Of a stretch of DNA of 64,000 nt, positions 1-8,169 are shown in pieces. Made by a program: the position numbers and the translations under genes. The notes beneath the pieces are model-generated. The model did not search any database and was not told where the DNA came from. It saw nothing but the letters and a program-made list of their open reading frames with translations. This stretch comes from Thermoanaerobaculia bacterium (GTDB lineage Bacteria; Acidobacteriota; Thermoanaerobaculia; UBA5066): the NCBI GenBank assembly GCA_963719225.1, contig CAVRAY010000001.1, forward strand, positions 3,072,001 through 3,136,000, read 5' to 3'. Each line of letters starts with the position of its first letter. Within the stretch, counting starts at the first letter, position 1.

Positions 1-2725
1 CGAGCCGGGCGATCGGGATGCGGAACGGCGAGCAGGACACGTAGTCGAGGCCGATGCGGTGACAGAACTCGACGCTCGACGGGTCGCCGCCGTGCTCCCC
101 GCAGATGCCGAGGTGGATGTCCTTGCGGGCGCCTCGCCCCAGCTCGACGGCCATCTTCATGAGCTTGCCGACGCCGACCTGATCGACCTTCTCGAAGGGG
201 TCGGCGGGCAGGATCTCGCGCCGCACGTACTCGGGCAGGAACTTGCCCGCGTCGTCGCGCGACAGCCCGAAGGTCGTCTGCGTGAGGTCGTTCGTGCCGA
301 AGCTGAAGAACTCGGCCTCCGCGGCGATCTCGTCGGCCGTGACCGCCGCGCGCGGCAGCTCGATCATCGTGCCGAGGAGGTATTTGACCTTGATGCCTTC
401 CGCTTCGAACACCTTCTTCGCCGTGTCGCGCACGATCCTGGCCTGGTCGGCCAGCTCGTGGACGTGGCCGACGAGCGGAATCATGATCTCGGGCCTCACG
501 TCGATGCCTTCCTTCTTGACGCGGCAGGCAGCCTCGAGGATCGCGCGCGTCTGCATGCGCGTGATCTCGGGGAAGGAGATGCCGAGGCGGCAGCCGCGGT
601 GCCCGAGCATCGGGTTCATCTCGTGCAGCTCGGCGACCTTGCGCGCCACCGTGCTCACGTCGACACCGGCCTCGCGCGCCACGCTCTCGCGCTCCTTCTC
701 GCCGTGCGGAAGGAACTCGTGGAGCGGCGGGTCGAGAGTCCGGATCGTGACGGGGCGCGAGCCCATGGCGCGGAACAGGCCGATGAAGTCGTCGCGCTGC
801 ATCGGAAGGATCTTGTCGAGCGCGCGCTCGCGGTCCTCGGTCTTGTCGGCGAGGATCATCTCGCGCATCGCCGTGATGCGCTCGCCGCCGAAGAACATGT
901 GCTCCGTGCGGCAGAGGCCGATGCCCTGTGCTCCGAACGCGACGGCGTTCGTGGCCTGGTCGGGCTGGTCGGCGTTCGCGCGCACCTTCAGGCGCCGCGC
1001 CTTGTCCGCCCATGACATCAGCGTCGCGTAGAGCCGGTAGACGCCGCTCTTCGCGGGATCGAGCGAGCGGTCGAGGAGGACCTGCAGGACCTCGGAGGGC
1101 TTCGTCGCGATGCGGCCCTCGATGACCTCGCCCGTCGAGCCGTCGATCGAGAGCCAGTCGCCCTCGCGGACGGAGCGCGGCTCTTTCGCGCCGGGCGACG
1201 CGACCGTCATGACGCGCTTCTGCGCGTCGATGCGCAGGGCCTCGCAGCCCACGATGCACACCTTGCCCATCTGGCGCGCCACGAGCGCGGCGTGGGACGT
1301 CATGCCGCCGCGCGCCGTGAGGACGCCCTCGGCCGCGTTCATGCCCTTGATGTCCTCGGGGCTCGTCTCTTCGCGCACGAGGAGAACCTTCTCGCCGCGG
1401 CTCGCCCACTCGAAGGCGTCGTGCGCCGTGAAGACGACGCGTCCCGTGGCGGCGCCCGGACCGGCGTTGAGGCCCTTCGCGAGACCCTGTCCCTTGGCCA
1501 TCGCCTCGGCTTTCGCCGCGGGATCGAAGATGGGCCTGAGAAGCTGGTTCAGGGAGTCGGGGTTCACGCGCAGCACCGCCTGGTCTCGCGTGATGCGCTT
1601 TTCTCCGACCATCTCGACGGCGATGCGGACCTCGGCGAAGCCCGTCCGCTTGCCCGTGCGGGTCTGGAGCATCCAGAGCTTTCCGGTCTCCACGGTGAAC
1701 TCGATGTCCTGCATGTCGCCGTAGTGGTCCTCGAGCTTCTTCCGGATGCCGAGCAGCTCCTTGTAGACCTTCGGCATCTTTTTCTCGAGCGTCGCGATCT
1801 TCTGCGGCGTGCGCACGCCGGCCACCACGTCTTCGCCCTGGGCGTTGATGAGGTACTCGCCGTAGAAGACGTCCTCTCCCGTCGCGGGGTCGCGCGTGAA
1901 CGCGACGCCAGTTCCGCAATCGTCGCCGAGATTCCCGAACACCATCGACTGGACGTTCACCGCGGTGCCCCAGCTCTCCGGAATCCCGTTGAGCTGACGG
2001 TAGACCTTCGCGCGGTCGTTCATCCAGGAGCCGAACACGGCGCCGATCGCGCCCCAGAGCTGCTCGAGAGGATCGTCCGGAAAGGTCTTTCCCGTGCGCT
2101 TCTTGATCTCGGCCTTGAATTCGCGCACGAGCTCTTTCAACGCCTCGACGGGAATCTCTGTATCGAGACTCACTTTGAACGCGCGTTTCTTCTTCTCGAG
2201 GAGGACCTCGAACGGGTCGCGCTCGTGCCTGTCAAGAGGTTTCAGCTCGAGAACGACGTCCCCGTACATCGCGACGAAACGGCGGTAACAGTCCCAGGCG
2301 AAGCGGGGGTTTTTCGAGACTTGCGCCAAACCTTCGACCGTCCTGTCGTTCAATCCGAGGTTCAAAATTGTGTCCATCATGCCCGGCATCGAGGCCCGGG
2401 CCCCCGACCGGACGGACACCGTCAAGGGGTTCTGCGGATCTCCGAACGTGCGCCCCAGCTTCTTCTCGATCGCCTTCAGATGGATCGCGACCTCTTCCCG
2501 CAAACCCTTGGGGTAGCTCTTCTTGTTGTCGTAGAAGTATGTACAGACTTCGGTCGTGATCGTGAAGCCGGGGGGCACCGGCAGGCCGAGACGACCCATC
2601 TCGGCCAGGTTCGCACCCTTGCCTCCGAGCAGGTCCTTCCGTTTCGCGCTCCCCTCGGCGGCTCCCGCGCCGAATGAGTAAACGGCCTTCCTGGGTGCCG
2701 ATTTGCCCTTTTTCTTCGTTGCCAT
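1..2725 (-). CDS. ppdK: Pyruvate, phosphate dikinase (3' end runs off the window)
   Basis: Manual minus-strand translation from ATG at 2725 gives [43 protein letters not shown]...; also GGMTSHAA (phospho-His motif), [12 protein letters not shown] and [10 protein letters not shown]...[10 protein letters not shown]. Missing from the ORF track because it is truncated. Confidence 0.97.
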   Translation of the reverse strand, partial: MATKKKGKSAPRKAVYSFGAGAAEGSAKRKDLLGGKGANLAEMGRLGLPVPPGFTITTEVCTYFYDNKKSYPKGLREEVAIHLKAIEKKLGRTFGDPQNPLTVSVRSGARASMPGMMDTILNLGLNDRTVEGLAQVSKNPRFAWDCYRRFVAMYGDVVLELKPLDRHERDPFEVLLEKKKRAFKVSLDTEIPVEALKELVREFKAEIKKRTGKTFPDDPLEQLWGAIGAVFGSWMNDRAKVYRQLNGIPESWGTAVNVQSMVFGNLGDDCGTGVAFTRDPATGEDVFYGEYLINAQGEDVVAGVRTPQKIATLEKKMPKVYKELLGIRKKLEDHYGDMQDIEFTVETGKLWMLQTRTGKRTGFAEVRIAVEMVGEKRITRDQAVLRVNPDSLNQLLRPIFDPAAKAEAMAKGQGLAKGLNAGPGAATGRVVFTAHDAFEWASRGEKVLLVREETSPEDIKGMNAAEGVLTARGGMTSHAALVARQMGKVCIVGCEALRIDAQKRVMTVASPGAKEPRSVREGDWLSIDGSTGEVIEGRIATKPSEVLQVLLDRSLDPAKSGVYRLYATLMSWADKARRLKVRANADQPDQATNAVAFGAQGIGLCRTEHMFFGGERITAMREMILADKTEDRERALDKILPMQRDDFIGLFRAMGSRPVTIRTLDPPLHEFLPHGEKERESVAREAGVDVSTVARKVAELHEMNPMLGHRGCRLGISFPEITRMQTRAILEAACRVKKEGIDVRPEIMIPLVGHVHELADQARIVRDTAKKVFEAEGIKVKYLLGTMIELPRAAVTADEIAAEAEFFSFGTNDLTQTTFGLSRDDAGKFLPEYVRREILPADPFEKVDQVGVGKLMKMAVELGRGARKDIHLGICGEHGGDPSSVEFCHRIGLDYVSCSPFRIPIARL

Positions 2726-2794
2726 CTGATCCCACCCCTCGATTCCGAATGTCGGACGATAGCGTTGAATTCCGGTGGCTTGCGAGAGCTCCGG

Positions 2795-2824
2795 TTGACC
2801 CTTGCCGAAAAGCGGGCGTAGCAT
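2795..2824 (+). promoter_or_regulatory. Candidate sigma70-type promoter (TTGACC-N18-TAGCAT) for the sigma-fragment/TPR operon
   Basis: TTGACC at 2795-2800 and TAGCAT at 2819-2824; purine-rich GAAGGGGAAAG before ATG 2852. Confidence 0.4.
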
Positions 2825-2851
2825 ATAGGGGCTCTTCTCAGAAGGGGAAAG

Positions 2852-3340
2852 ATGTCCCGGAACTTCGACGAGATCGTGTCCGACGAGGTACTGAAGCAGC
2901 GCTCCCGTTTTGCGCCTGCCGAGGTTCCTGTCCCGGCGCGGCCCGTGTGGAACTGGGAAGAGCTGAACGCGAAGTTCCGCCCCCGCCTCATTGCCGCCGG
3001 CGTCATCCGTTTCGGCCTCTCGCAGGATGACTGCGAGGGCGCGGCGCAGACCGTCTTTCTCAAGGTGCTCGCGATGAATCCGCGCGTGCGCGACCCGAAG
3101 GCGTACCTGCGCGCGGCGTTCCTGAACCAGTGCAACAACATCCTGCAGGCGCGCGAGAGGCGCGGCGTCGGGGATTCCGACTCGGGGGTCGTGTTGCGCG
3201 AGCTCAGGCTCGCGGAATCGGGAGAGATCGAGCTTCGGGCCGAGACCGCGCCCGTTTCCGACCGGACCGGCCCGATGCCGGCGGTCCGGCGCACGCTGTG
3301 GGATCGCATTCGCGCCGGACTGGCGACGGTGACGCCGTGA
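2852..3340 (+). CDS. ECF/sigma-70 region-2-like protein with no recognisable region 4
   Basis: [39 protein letters not shown]...[23 protein letters not shown] matches the ECF sigma2 pattern. The C-terminal part shows no HTH. The stop overlaps the next start (GTGA). Confidence 0.7.
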   Translation: MSRNFDEIVSDEVLKQRSRFAPAEVPVPARPVWNWEELNAKFRPRLIAAGVIRFGLSQDDCEGAAQTVFLKVLAMNPRVRDPKAYLRAAFLNQCNNILQARERRGVGDSDSGVVLRELRLAESGEIELRAETAPVSDRTGPMPAVRRTLWDRIRAGLATVTP

Positions 3341-4590
3341 AGCACGACGACGTCTTCGACGCAATCCTCGAGGCGGAGCTCGTGCCAGAGCTGCCGCCTC
3401 AAGCCATGGGCCGTACGCTCCCCTTCGTAAGGGCGAACGCCCACGCCTCCGTCGAAGACATCTACCGGCTCTCGCAGGACGCGGAGAAGCCCTCCGAGCT
3501 GATCCTGAAGGCTGCGCGATCCGGCGCCGACGAGCTCGCCGCCACCCTGCGGTCGCTGGACGGCAAGCCCTACCGCGGCTTCGCGCTGCTCTATGCGGCG
3601 CAGAAGGCATTCGCGCTCGTTCCCGAGGATCCGGCCCGCGCAAATCTGGTTGCCGACCTTCTCTTCGAGGAGGGTGCGACGCTGGCGGCAGCGGTTCCCG
3701 ATTCCCGTGCATCGACGCCAGCACCTCGCCAGGCAGTCCAGGCAGAGGCCACCCTCCTGAGAGCGTATACGTTCCTTCAATCCAGTGAGCCTCTCCTCGC
3801 TCGGGCGGCCGTGACCCCGGCTCGCGAATATTTCAAAGAATCGGGCGACCTCGGTTTTGGCTCGGCCCTCTGCGATTACTACGAGGGTCAAGCCGCGAGC
3901 TACTCTCGCGACTACGAATCTGCTGAACGCCTCCTAAACAGCGCTCTCGGGACCTTTTCGGAGTTCGGCCAGGATCATCTCCACGCACGTGCTGAAGTCG
4001 CGCTGGGAACTCTCTTTCTCCACCGCGGCGATAACGATCGAGCACTTCAGTATCTCGAGCGGGCCGCGGCACGTTTCGACGCGGAACAGGATGCGCAGTT
4101 CCTCGTCCCGACGCTCAACAACCGTGCTCAGTGCCTCATGCGCCTCGAGCGGTTCGATGAGGCGCGGGCGACCCTGGCGAAGTCCATGAACCTCTGCCTG
4201 CGCTTCGGCTTTCGCTCGCATCTCCTCTTCGTACGGAACGGTCTCGCAGAACTCGACGTGCGCCGCGGTCAGTTCAAGCGCGCTCTGCGCACCTTCGGCG
4301 AAATCGTCAAGGAGGTCACGGCCCCGATTGACGTCGCGTTTGCTCGCCTCTATATCGCCGAGTGCCACGCCCGTCTCGGCAACCTTGGACCAATGGCGAC
4401 GGAAATCGAGGCCCTTCGGCGCGAGCGTCAGGAGAATCCCTTCGCTCCCTCACCCGCTTTCGGCGAACTCTTCGTCTGCCTCGACCAGGGAATGCTCGAC
4501 GCAGACCTCATCGCGCACGTCCGGGAGTACTTGCAGGACCAAGAGAACGGCACGAAGCGCGCATACCTTCCTCTGAGGCTCGTCGGCTAG
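3337..4590 (+). CDS. Tetratricopeptide-repeat (TPR) protein, cytoplasmic, about 417 aa
   Basis: Start GTG 3337 overlaps the upstream TGA. TPR-like helices such as [27 protein letters not shown] and [25 protein letters not shown]. No signal peptide. Confidence 0.85.
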   Translation: MKHDDVFDAILEAELVPELPPQAMGRTLPFVRANAHASVEDIYRLSQDAEKPSELILKAARSGADELAATLRSLDGKPYRGFALLYAAQKAFALVPEDPARANLVADLLFEEGATLAAAVPDSRASTPAPRQAVQAEATLLRAYTFLQSSEPLLARAAVTPAREYFKESGDLGFGSALCDYYEGQAASYSRDYESAERLLNSALGTFSEFGQDHLHARAEVALGTLFLHRGDNDRALQYLERAAARFDAEQDAQFLVPTLNNRAQCLMRLERFDEARATLAKSMNLCLRFGFRSHLLFVRNGLAELDVRRGQFKRALRTFGEIVKEVTAPIDVAFARLYIAECHARLGNLGPMATEIEALRRERQENPFAPSPAFGELFVCLDQGMLDADLIAHVREYLQDQENGTKRAYLPLRLVG

Positions 4591-4620
4591 ACACAGCTGC
4601 CAACCTGTTGCGAATTTACT

Positions 4621-4649
4621 CGGCCGCCTTCGGGCGGCCGATGTTTTTT
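4621..4649 (+). terminator. Intrinsic terminator after the TPR gene
   Basis: CGGCCGCC-TTCG-GGCGGCCG perfect stem with a UUCG tetraloop, followed by ATGTTTTTT. Confidence 0.8.
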
Positions 4650-4698
4650 CGGGCGTCGGGGGTCAAAAGGGCCTTTGTCCCCTGTCCTAGTAGGTGAA

Positions 4699-4723
4699 GG
4701 GCAGGTGAAACGAACACCTGCCC
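4699..4723. promoter_or_regulatory. Perfect inverted repeat upstream of the small peptide gene (operator or 5' hairpin)
   Basis: GGGCAGGTG-N7-CACCTGCCC, 11 nt upstream of the AGGAGG RBS. Confidence 0.45.
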
Positions 4724-4744
4724 GGCTTCGGGGTAGGAGGACGC

Positions 4745-4900
4745 ATGGACTTTCTTCTTATGTTTTTTGAGCTTTTTCCAGGTTTTCTGATGGGTGAATC
4801 GGGGCTTGCCGGCGGACGCCCCAGAGGCGTATCGATCAGCTCGACCCCCATCGGGATCAGTTCGACGCCCATCGGAATCAGCTCGACGCCGATTGGCTGA
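4745..4900 (+). CDS. 51-aa precursor-like peptide with 3x ISSTPIG C-terminal repeats
   Basis: AGGAGG at 4735-4740, then ATG 4745. Translation MDFLLMFFELFPGFLMGESGLAGGRPRGVS-ISSTPIG-ISSTPIG-ISSTPIG*. The repeat copies differ only at third codon positions. Below the ORF-track length cutoff. Confidence 0.85.
   Translation: MDFLLMFFELFPGFLMGESGLAGGRPRGVSISSTPIGISSTPIGISSTPIG
4835..4897 (+). repeat. 3 x 21-nt coding tandem repeat (ISSTPIG)
   Basis: ATCAGCTCGACCCCCATCGGG / ATCAGTTCGACGCCCATCGGA / ATCAGCTCGACGCCGATTGGC. Confidence 0.95.
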
Positions 4901-4927
4901 AGGAGCCCTGGGTAGAAGGAATTTGGA

Positions 4928-4948
4928 TGACGCCGCGCGGCGGCGTCA
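4928..4948 (+). terminator. Hairpin downstream of the peptide gene
   Basis: TGACGCCGC-GCG-GCGGCGTCA perfect 9-bp stem; no long U tract. Confidence 0.45.
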
Positions 4949-4982
4949 CGGGAATGTTTCGCCCGCAGGGAGGAGTATCGAC

Positions 4983-5393
4983 ATGCTGAGAAGCCATCTG
5001 CCGAAGGAAGAGCCGGCTGGCGACGTCACGCTGTCGTTACAGCTCCACGCGCCGCAGCCGGTCGTCGTGTCGAGCGCGACGGAACCAGGAAAGGTCCTCC
5101 TCCACCTCGAAATCCGAAACAAGTCGAATCAAGCGTGGGAGGGATCCACGGAAGCGGGTCCCCTCCTCGAGATGGTCCTCCTCGACTCGGAGGGCCACGA
5201 GCGCTCCCGGCAGACGCGCCAGTGCCGGATGCTCGCCTATCCCACCCGCCTGGAGCCCGGGCGGGGATTCAACCTCCCCCTCTTCTTCACCCTGCCCGGG
5301 CTCTCCTCTTCCGGCGAAGACTTCCGCATCGAGATTCGCCTCGTGCCCGGCCGCGAAGTCCTCACCGGCCACCTGCGCGTCGAGCCGCACTGA
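4983..5393 (+). CDS. Small Ig-like beta-sandwich protein, possibly BsuPI (intracellular proteinase inhibitor)-like
   Basis: GGAGGAG RBS before ATG 4983. Pattern VLLHLEIRNKSNQ...LEMVLLDSEGHER...TRLEPG resembles PF12690-type domains (judged by eye). Confidence 0.55.
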   Translation: MLRSHLPKEEPAGDVTLSLQLHAPQPVVVSSATEPGKVLLHLEIRNKSNQAWEGSTEAGPLLEMVLLDSEGHERSRQTRQCRMLAYPTRLEPGRGFNLPLFFTLPGLSSSGEDFRIEIRLVPGREVLTGHLRVEPH

Positions 5394-5454
5394 CGGCTGC
5401 GGGGCTTCGCCCCGTTTGACCTCCTTCCACCCTTTTCGGCATGATCCCCGCGCG

Positions 5455-6363
5455 GTGATCCCAGCGAAGAGTTCCGTTTCGTCTCTCATCGGCATCCCGA
5501 CGCAGCGTCCGACCGCCTGGTGGCTCGAGACGCTTCGAAAGCGCGCCGAAAAGATGTACGGCGAGCACCTGGACCTCTCGCAGCCCGTCGAGTTCGAGTC
5601 CGAGGAAGAGCGCCTCGCCTGCATCAAGTTCTTCAACGCGGCATACCGCGCCGAGGAATCCGGAAAGGCCGGAGCGCACCGGCTCGCCGATGAAGTCCGC
5701 GCGTGGGATCCGGACCTCGCCGAATGCCTCGTCCTGTACGGCAACGAGGAAGGCTGGCACCGCGAGCTCCTCGACGAGTTCCTCGGACACATCGGTGGCG
5801 GCGTGACCGCCATGGGCCGGATGACGAGGACGTTCTACGGCGTCTACGCGAAGGCCGAGCGCATGGAATCGATCATGCTCACGAACCTCATGTTCGAGAC
5901 GATCGGCGCCACGACGTACCGGCTGTCGCTCCGCCGCGTGAAACAGCCGCTCGCGCGGCAGGTGCTCACGATCCTCACGCGCGACGAGTCGTTCCACGTG
6001 CCGCTCAACGTGCACTTCATCCGCGAGATCCTCAAGCACTACCCCGAGCGCAGCCGCGCGCGCCTGAAGGCCATCTACCAGATGGTCTTCCACTCGCTCG
6101 TTCTCCTGTCCCTCGGAAGCCGCAAGGTCGCGCAGGGCTTCGACCGGATCTCGTGGAAGGAGCTGACGTCCGCCTACGTCGAGAACCTCGGACGTCTCTT
6201 CGTGAACGAGCCCGACCTCGACTTCGCGCCGCCGCGCCACCTGCTCGCGGCCTTCGGCATGTCGCGCGGCAGCCTGACGAACACCGGCGGCGTCGACGCG
6301 ATCAGCGTCGCGGCGGCCGAGGCGGCCGCGCGGCGCGAAGACGTCAGCGTGACGCCGCTCTAG
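5455..6363 (+). CDS. Ferritin-like di-iron domain protein
   Basis: Di-iron ligand pattern AEESG...EEGWH...FETIG...DESFH. Probable start is GTG 5455, after a TTGACC-N18-CATGAT promoter; the ORF track starts at TTG 5416. Confidence 0.75.
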   Translation: MIPAKSSVSSLIGIPTQRPTAWWLETLRKRAEKMYGEHLDLSQPVEFESEEERLACIKFFNAAYRAEESGKAGAHRLADEVRAWDPDLAECLVLYGNEEGWHRELLDEFLGHIGGGVTAMGRMTRTFYGVYAKAERMESIMLTNLMFETIGATTYRLSLRRVKQPLARQVLTILTRDESFHVPLNVHFIREILKHYPERSRARLKAIYQMVFHSLVLLSLGSRKVAQGFDRISWKELTSAYVENLGRLFVNEPDLDFAPPRHLLAAFGMSRGSLTNTGGVDAISVAAAEAAARREDVSVTPL

Positions 6364-8131
6364 AAGGCGCTTTCGCCCGGAGAGGGGCCGGTCCCAGACC
6401 TTTCACGAGGCGGTACGCCCCGGCAGGCAGCTCACCGAGATCCTGCGCCGTTCCATCCGGCCACCGCACCGCCACCTTCGCGGAGGAAGCCGTCCCCAGT
6501 CCGAAGTGAAGCGGCTGCCACGAGCCGCTCGCGTAGGACGGCACGACGTAGAACTGCTTCGTGCGTCCGTCGGCCGTCACCGTCGTTCCGAGGACCGTCT
6601 TCCGGTCGGCGCCCGCGACCGGGAGGATCTCCAGCGCGCGCCCGCCGGGAGCCGTGTTGCGAAGAACGATCGCGGGCACGTCGATCGGGTTGAAGACCAG
6701 GTCTTCCTTCCCGTCGCCGTCGAGGTCGCCCGCCGAGAGCCCGCGCCCGACCACGCTCATGCGGCCGAGGTCGCCGGACTCCGCCGAGACGTCGCGGAAC
6801 TTCATCTCTCCGGGCGCGCTCTCGTTGTGGAAGAGAAACTGCCGCTGCGCGTAGCTCCTCTCGCCGACGGCGAAGTTCCGGGCTCGCGGGTTGAACCACT
6901 TCGCGACGACGGTGAAGAGACGCGAAAGGATCTGGCCGCTCGAGACCGCGAGGTCGTCCTTGCCGTCGTCGTCCCAGTCGAGCGCCACGACGCCCCACTT
7001 CGAGAGCGGGAGGACGGGATCGTGGTCTCCCCCGAACGCCTCGATCTCGCTTTCGGCGAACGTCGCGCCCTCGACGTTGCGGTAGAGGGTGTCCGGCTCG
7101 TTCGCGTAGTTCGTGACGTAGAGGTCGGGCCGCCCGTCTCCGTCGAGATCCGTCGCGACGAGCCCCATGCCGCTGCGCGTCCTCCGGCCGAAGGCCGTCG
7201 TGCTGCCTTCCACGGGATAGCCCGTACCCGTCTCGTCCGAGACGTCGCGGAATCGGCCGTCCCCTTCGTTGTGGAAGAGGGTATTGCGCCACTGGTCGTT
7301 CGCGACGTAGAAGTCCGTGCGTCCGTCGCCGTCGTAGTCGAGCGCGGCGGCTCCGATCGTCTTGCTGGCCGGGTCCCTCGTGCCGCTCGCGTCCGTCACG
7401 TCCGCGAATTTCCAGTCGCCGAGGTTTCGGAGCATCTGGTTGTCCTGCCCCTTGTACTCGTCCGGCGTCATGAAGGAGGTGGCCTTGGCCTTGGACTCGC
7501 GGTCGGGGTCCGTCTCGAGGTAGTTCCCGATGTAGACGTCGGGAAGGCCGTCGCCGTCGATGTCGAGGGCGGCGAGCCCGATCGTGAATCGCCCGCCTTC
7601 GAGGCCCGTTTTCTCCATCCTCTCGAACGTCCCGTCGCCCTTGTTCCGGAAGACGAGGTTCGCCTCGCCGGCGTTGCCGATGACGAGGTCCGGGAAGCCG
7701 TCGTTGTCGAGATCGGCCCACATCGCGGTGACGCCCCAGCCGCAGGCCGCGATCCGGGAGCGCTCCGTCACGTCCTCGAAGGTTCCGTCGCCCCGATTCC
7801 GGAAGACGCGCGTGCAGTCGGCCAGAGGCTGCGTGCGCCCCGCCTTCCGCCACTTCGAGCCGCTCTTCACCTGCTGGACGAGGACGAGGTCGAGGTTGCC
7901 GTCCCCGTCGAAGTCCGCGAGCGCCGCGCCTCCGCCCATCGTGGGAATGAGCTTGGCGTCGATGATGTCGCCGTGAAAGCGGAACCGCACGCCGGACGCT
8001 TCCGTGACGTCCGTGAACAGGGAGCCCGTGACGCTCTTCCTTCGGGAGTTCTGTTCGTGGAGGAGCACGCTGCACGCCAGGCCGCCGGCTGCCGCGACGA
8101 GGACGACCGCGAGAGCGAGAAATCGACGCAC
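6344..8131 (-). CDS. CRTAC1/ASPIC-UnbV family FG-GAP repeat protein (secreted)
   Basis: Repeated DFDGDG/DLDNDG/DIDGDG/DYDGDG motifs; C-terminal LHFGLG...VRWPDG (ASPIC/UnbV); N-terminal signal MRRFLALAVVLVAAAGGLAC. Confidence 0.9.
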   Translation of the reverse strand: MRRFLALAVVLVAAAGGLACSVLLHEQNSRRKSVTGSLFTDVTEASGVRFRFHGDIIDAKLIPTMGGGAALADFDGDGNLDLVLVQQVKSGSKWRKAGRTQPLADCTRVFRNRGDGTFEDVTERSRIAACGWGVTAMWADLDNDGFPDLVIGNAGEANLVFRNKGDGTFERMEKTGLEGGRFTIGLAALDIDGDGLPDVYIGNYLETDPDRESKAKATSFMTPDEYKGQDNQMLRNLGDWKFADVTDASGTRDPASKTIGAAALDYDGDGRTDFYVANDQWRNTLFHNEGDGRFRDVSDETGTGYPVEGSTTAFGRRTRSGMGLVATDLDGDGRPDLYVTNYANEPDTLYRNVEGATFAESEIEAFGGDHDPVLPLSKWGVVALDWDDDGKDDLAVSSGQILSRLFTVVAKWFNPRARNFAVGERSYAQRQFLFHNESAPGEMKFRDVSAESGDLGRMSVVGRGLSAGDLDGDGKEDLVFNPIDVPAIVLRNTAPGGRALEILPVAGADRKTVLGTTVTADGRTKQFYVVPSYASGSWQPLHFGLGTASSAKVAVRWPDGTAQDLGELPAGAYRLVKGLGPAPLRAKAPSRAASR

Positions 8132-8169
8132 GAAAGACGAGTATAGGGTGCGGAATCGGAGAGACCGCT

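Noticed and set aside
59-2677. Long plus-strand ORFs (59-1015, 243-1031, 1292-2677)
   Set aside because: They are antisense shadows of ppdK, as expected in high-GC DNA.
2833-2851. TCTTCTCAGAAGGGG as another copy of the palindromic element
   Set aside because: It is only a short partial match with no partner arm and is explained as the RBS region of the sigma-like gene.
4687-4872. Minus-strand 61-aa ORF (MGVELIPMGVELID...)
   Set aside because: It is the antisense shadow of the peptide gene; the RBS and hydrophobic leader support the plus-strand frame.
4835-4897. 21-nt repeats as a CRISPR array
   Set aside because: The repeats are directly adjacent with no spacers, vary at codon third positions, and no cas genes are present.
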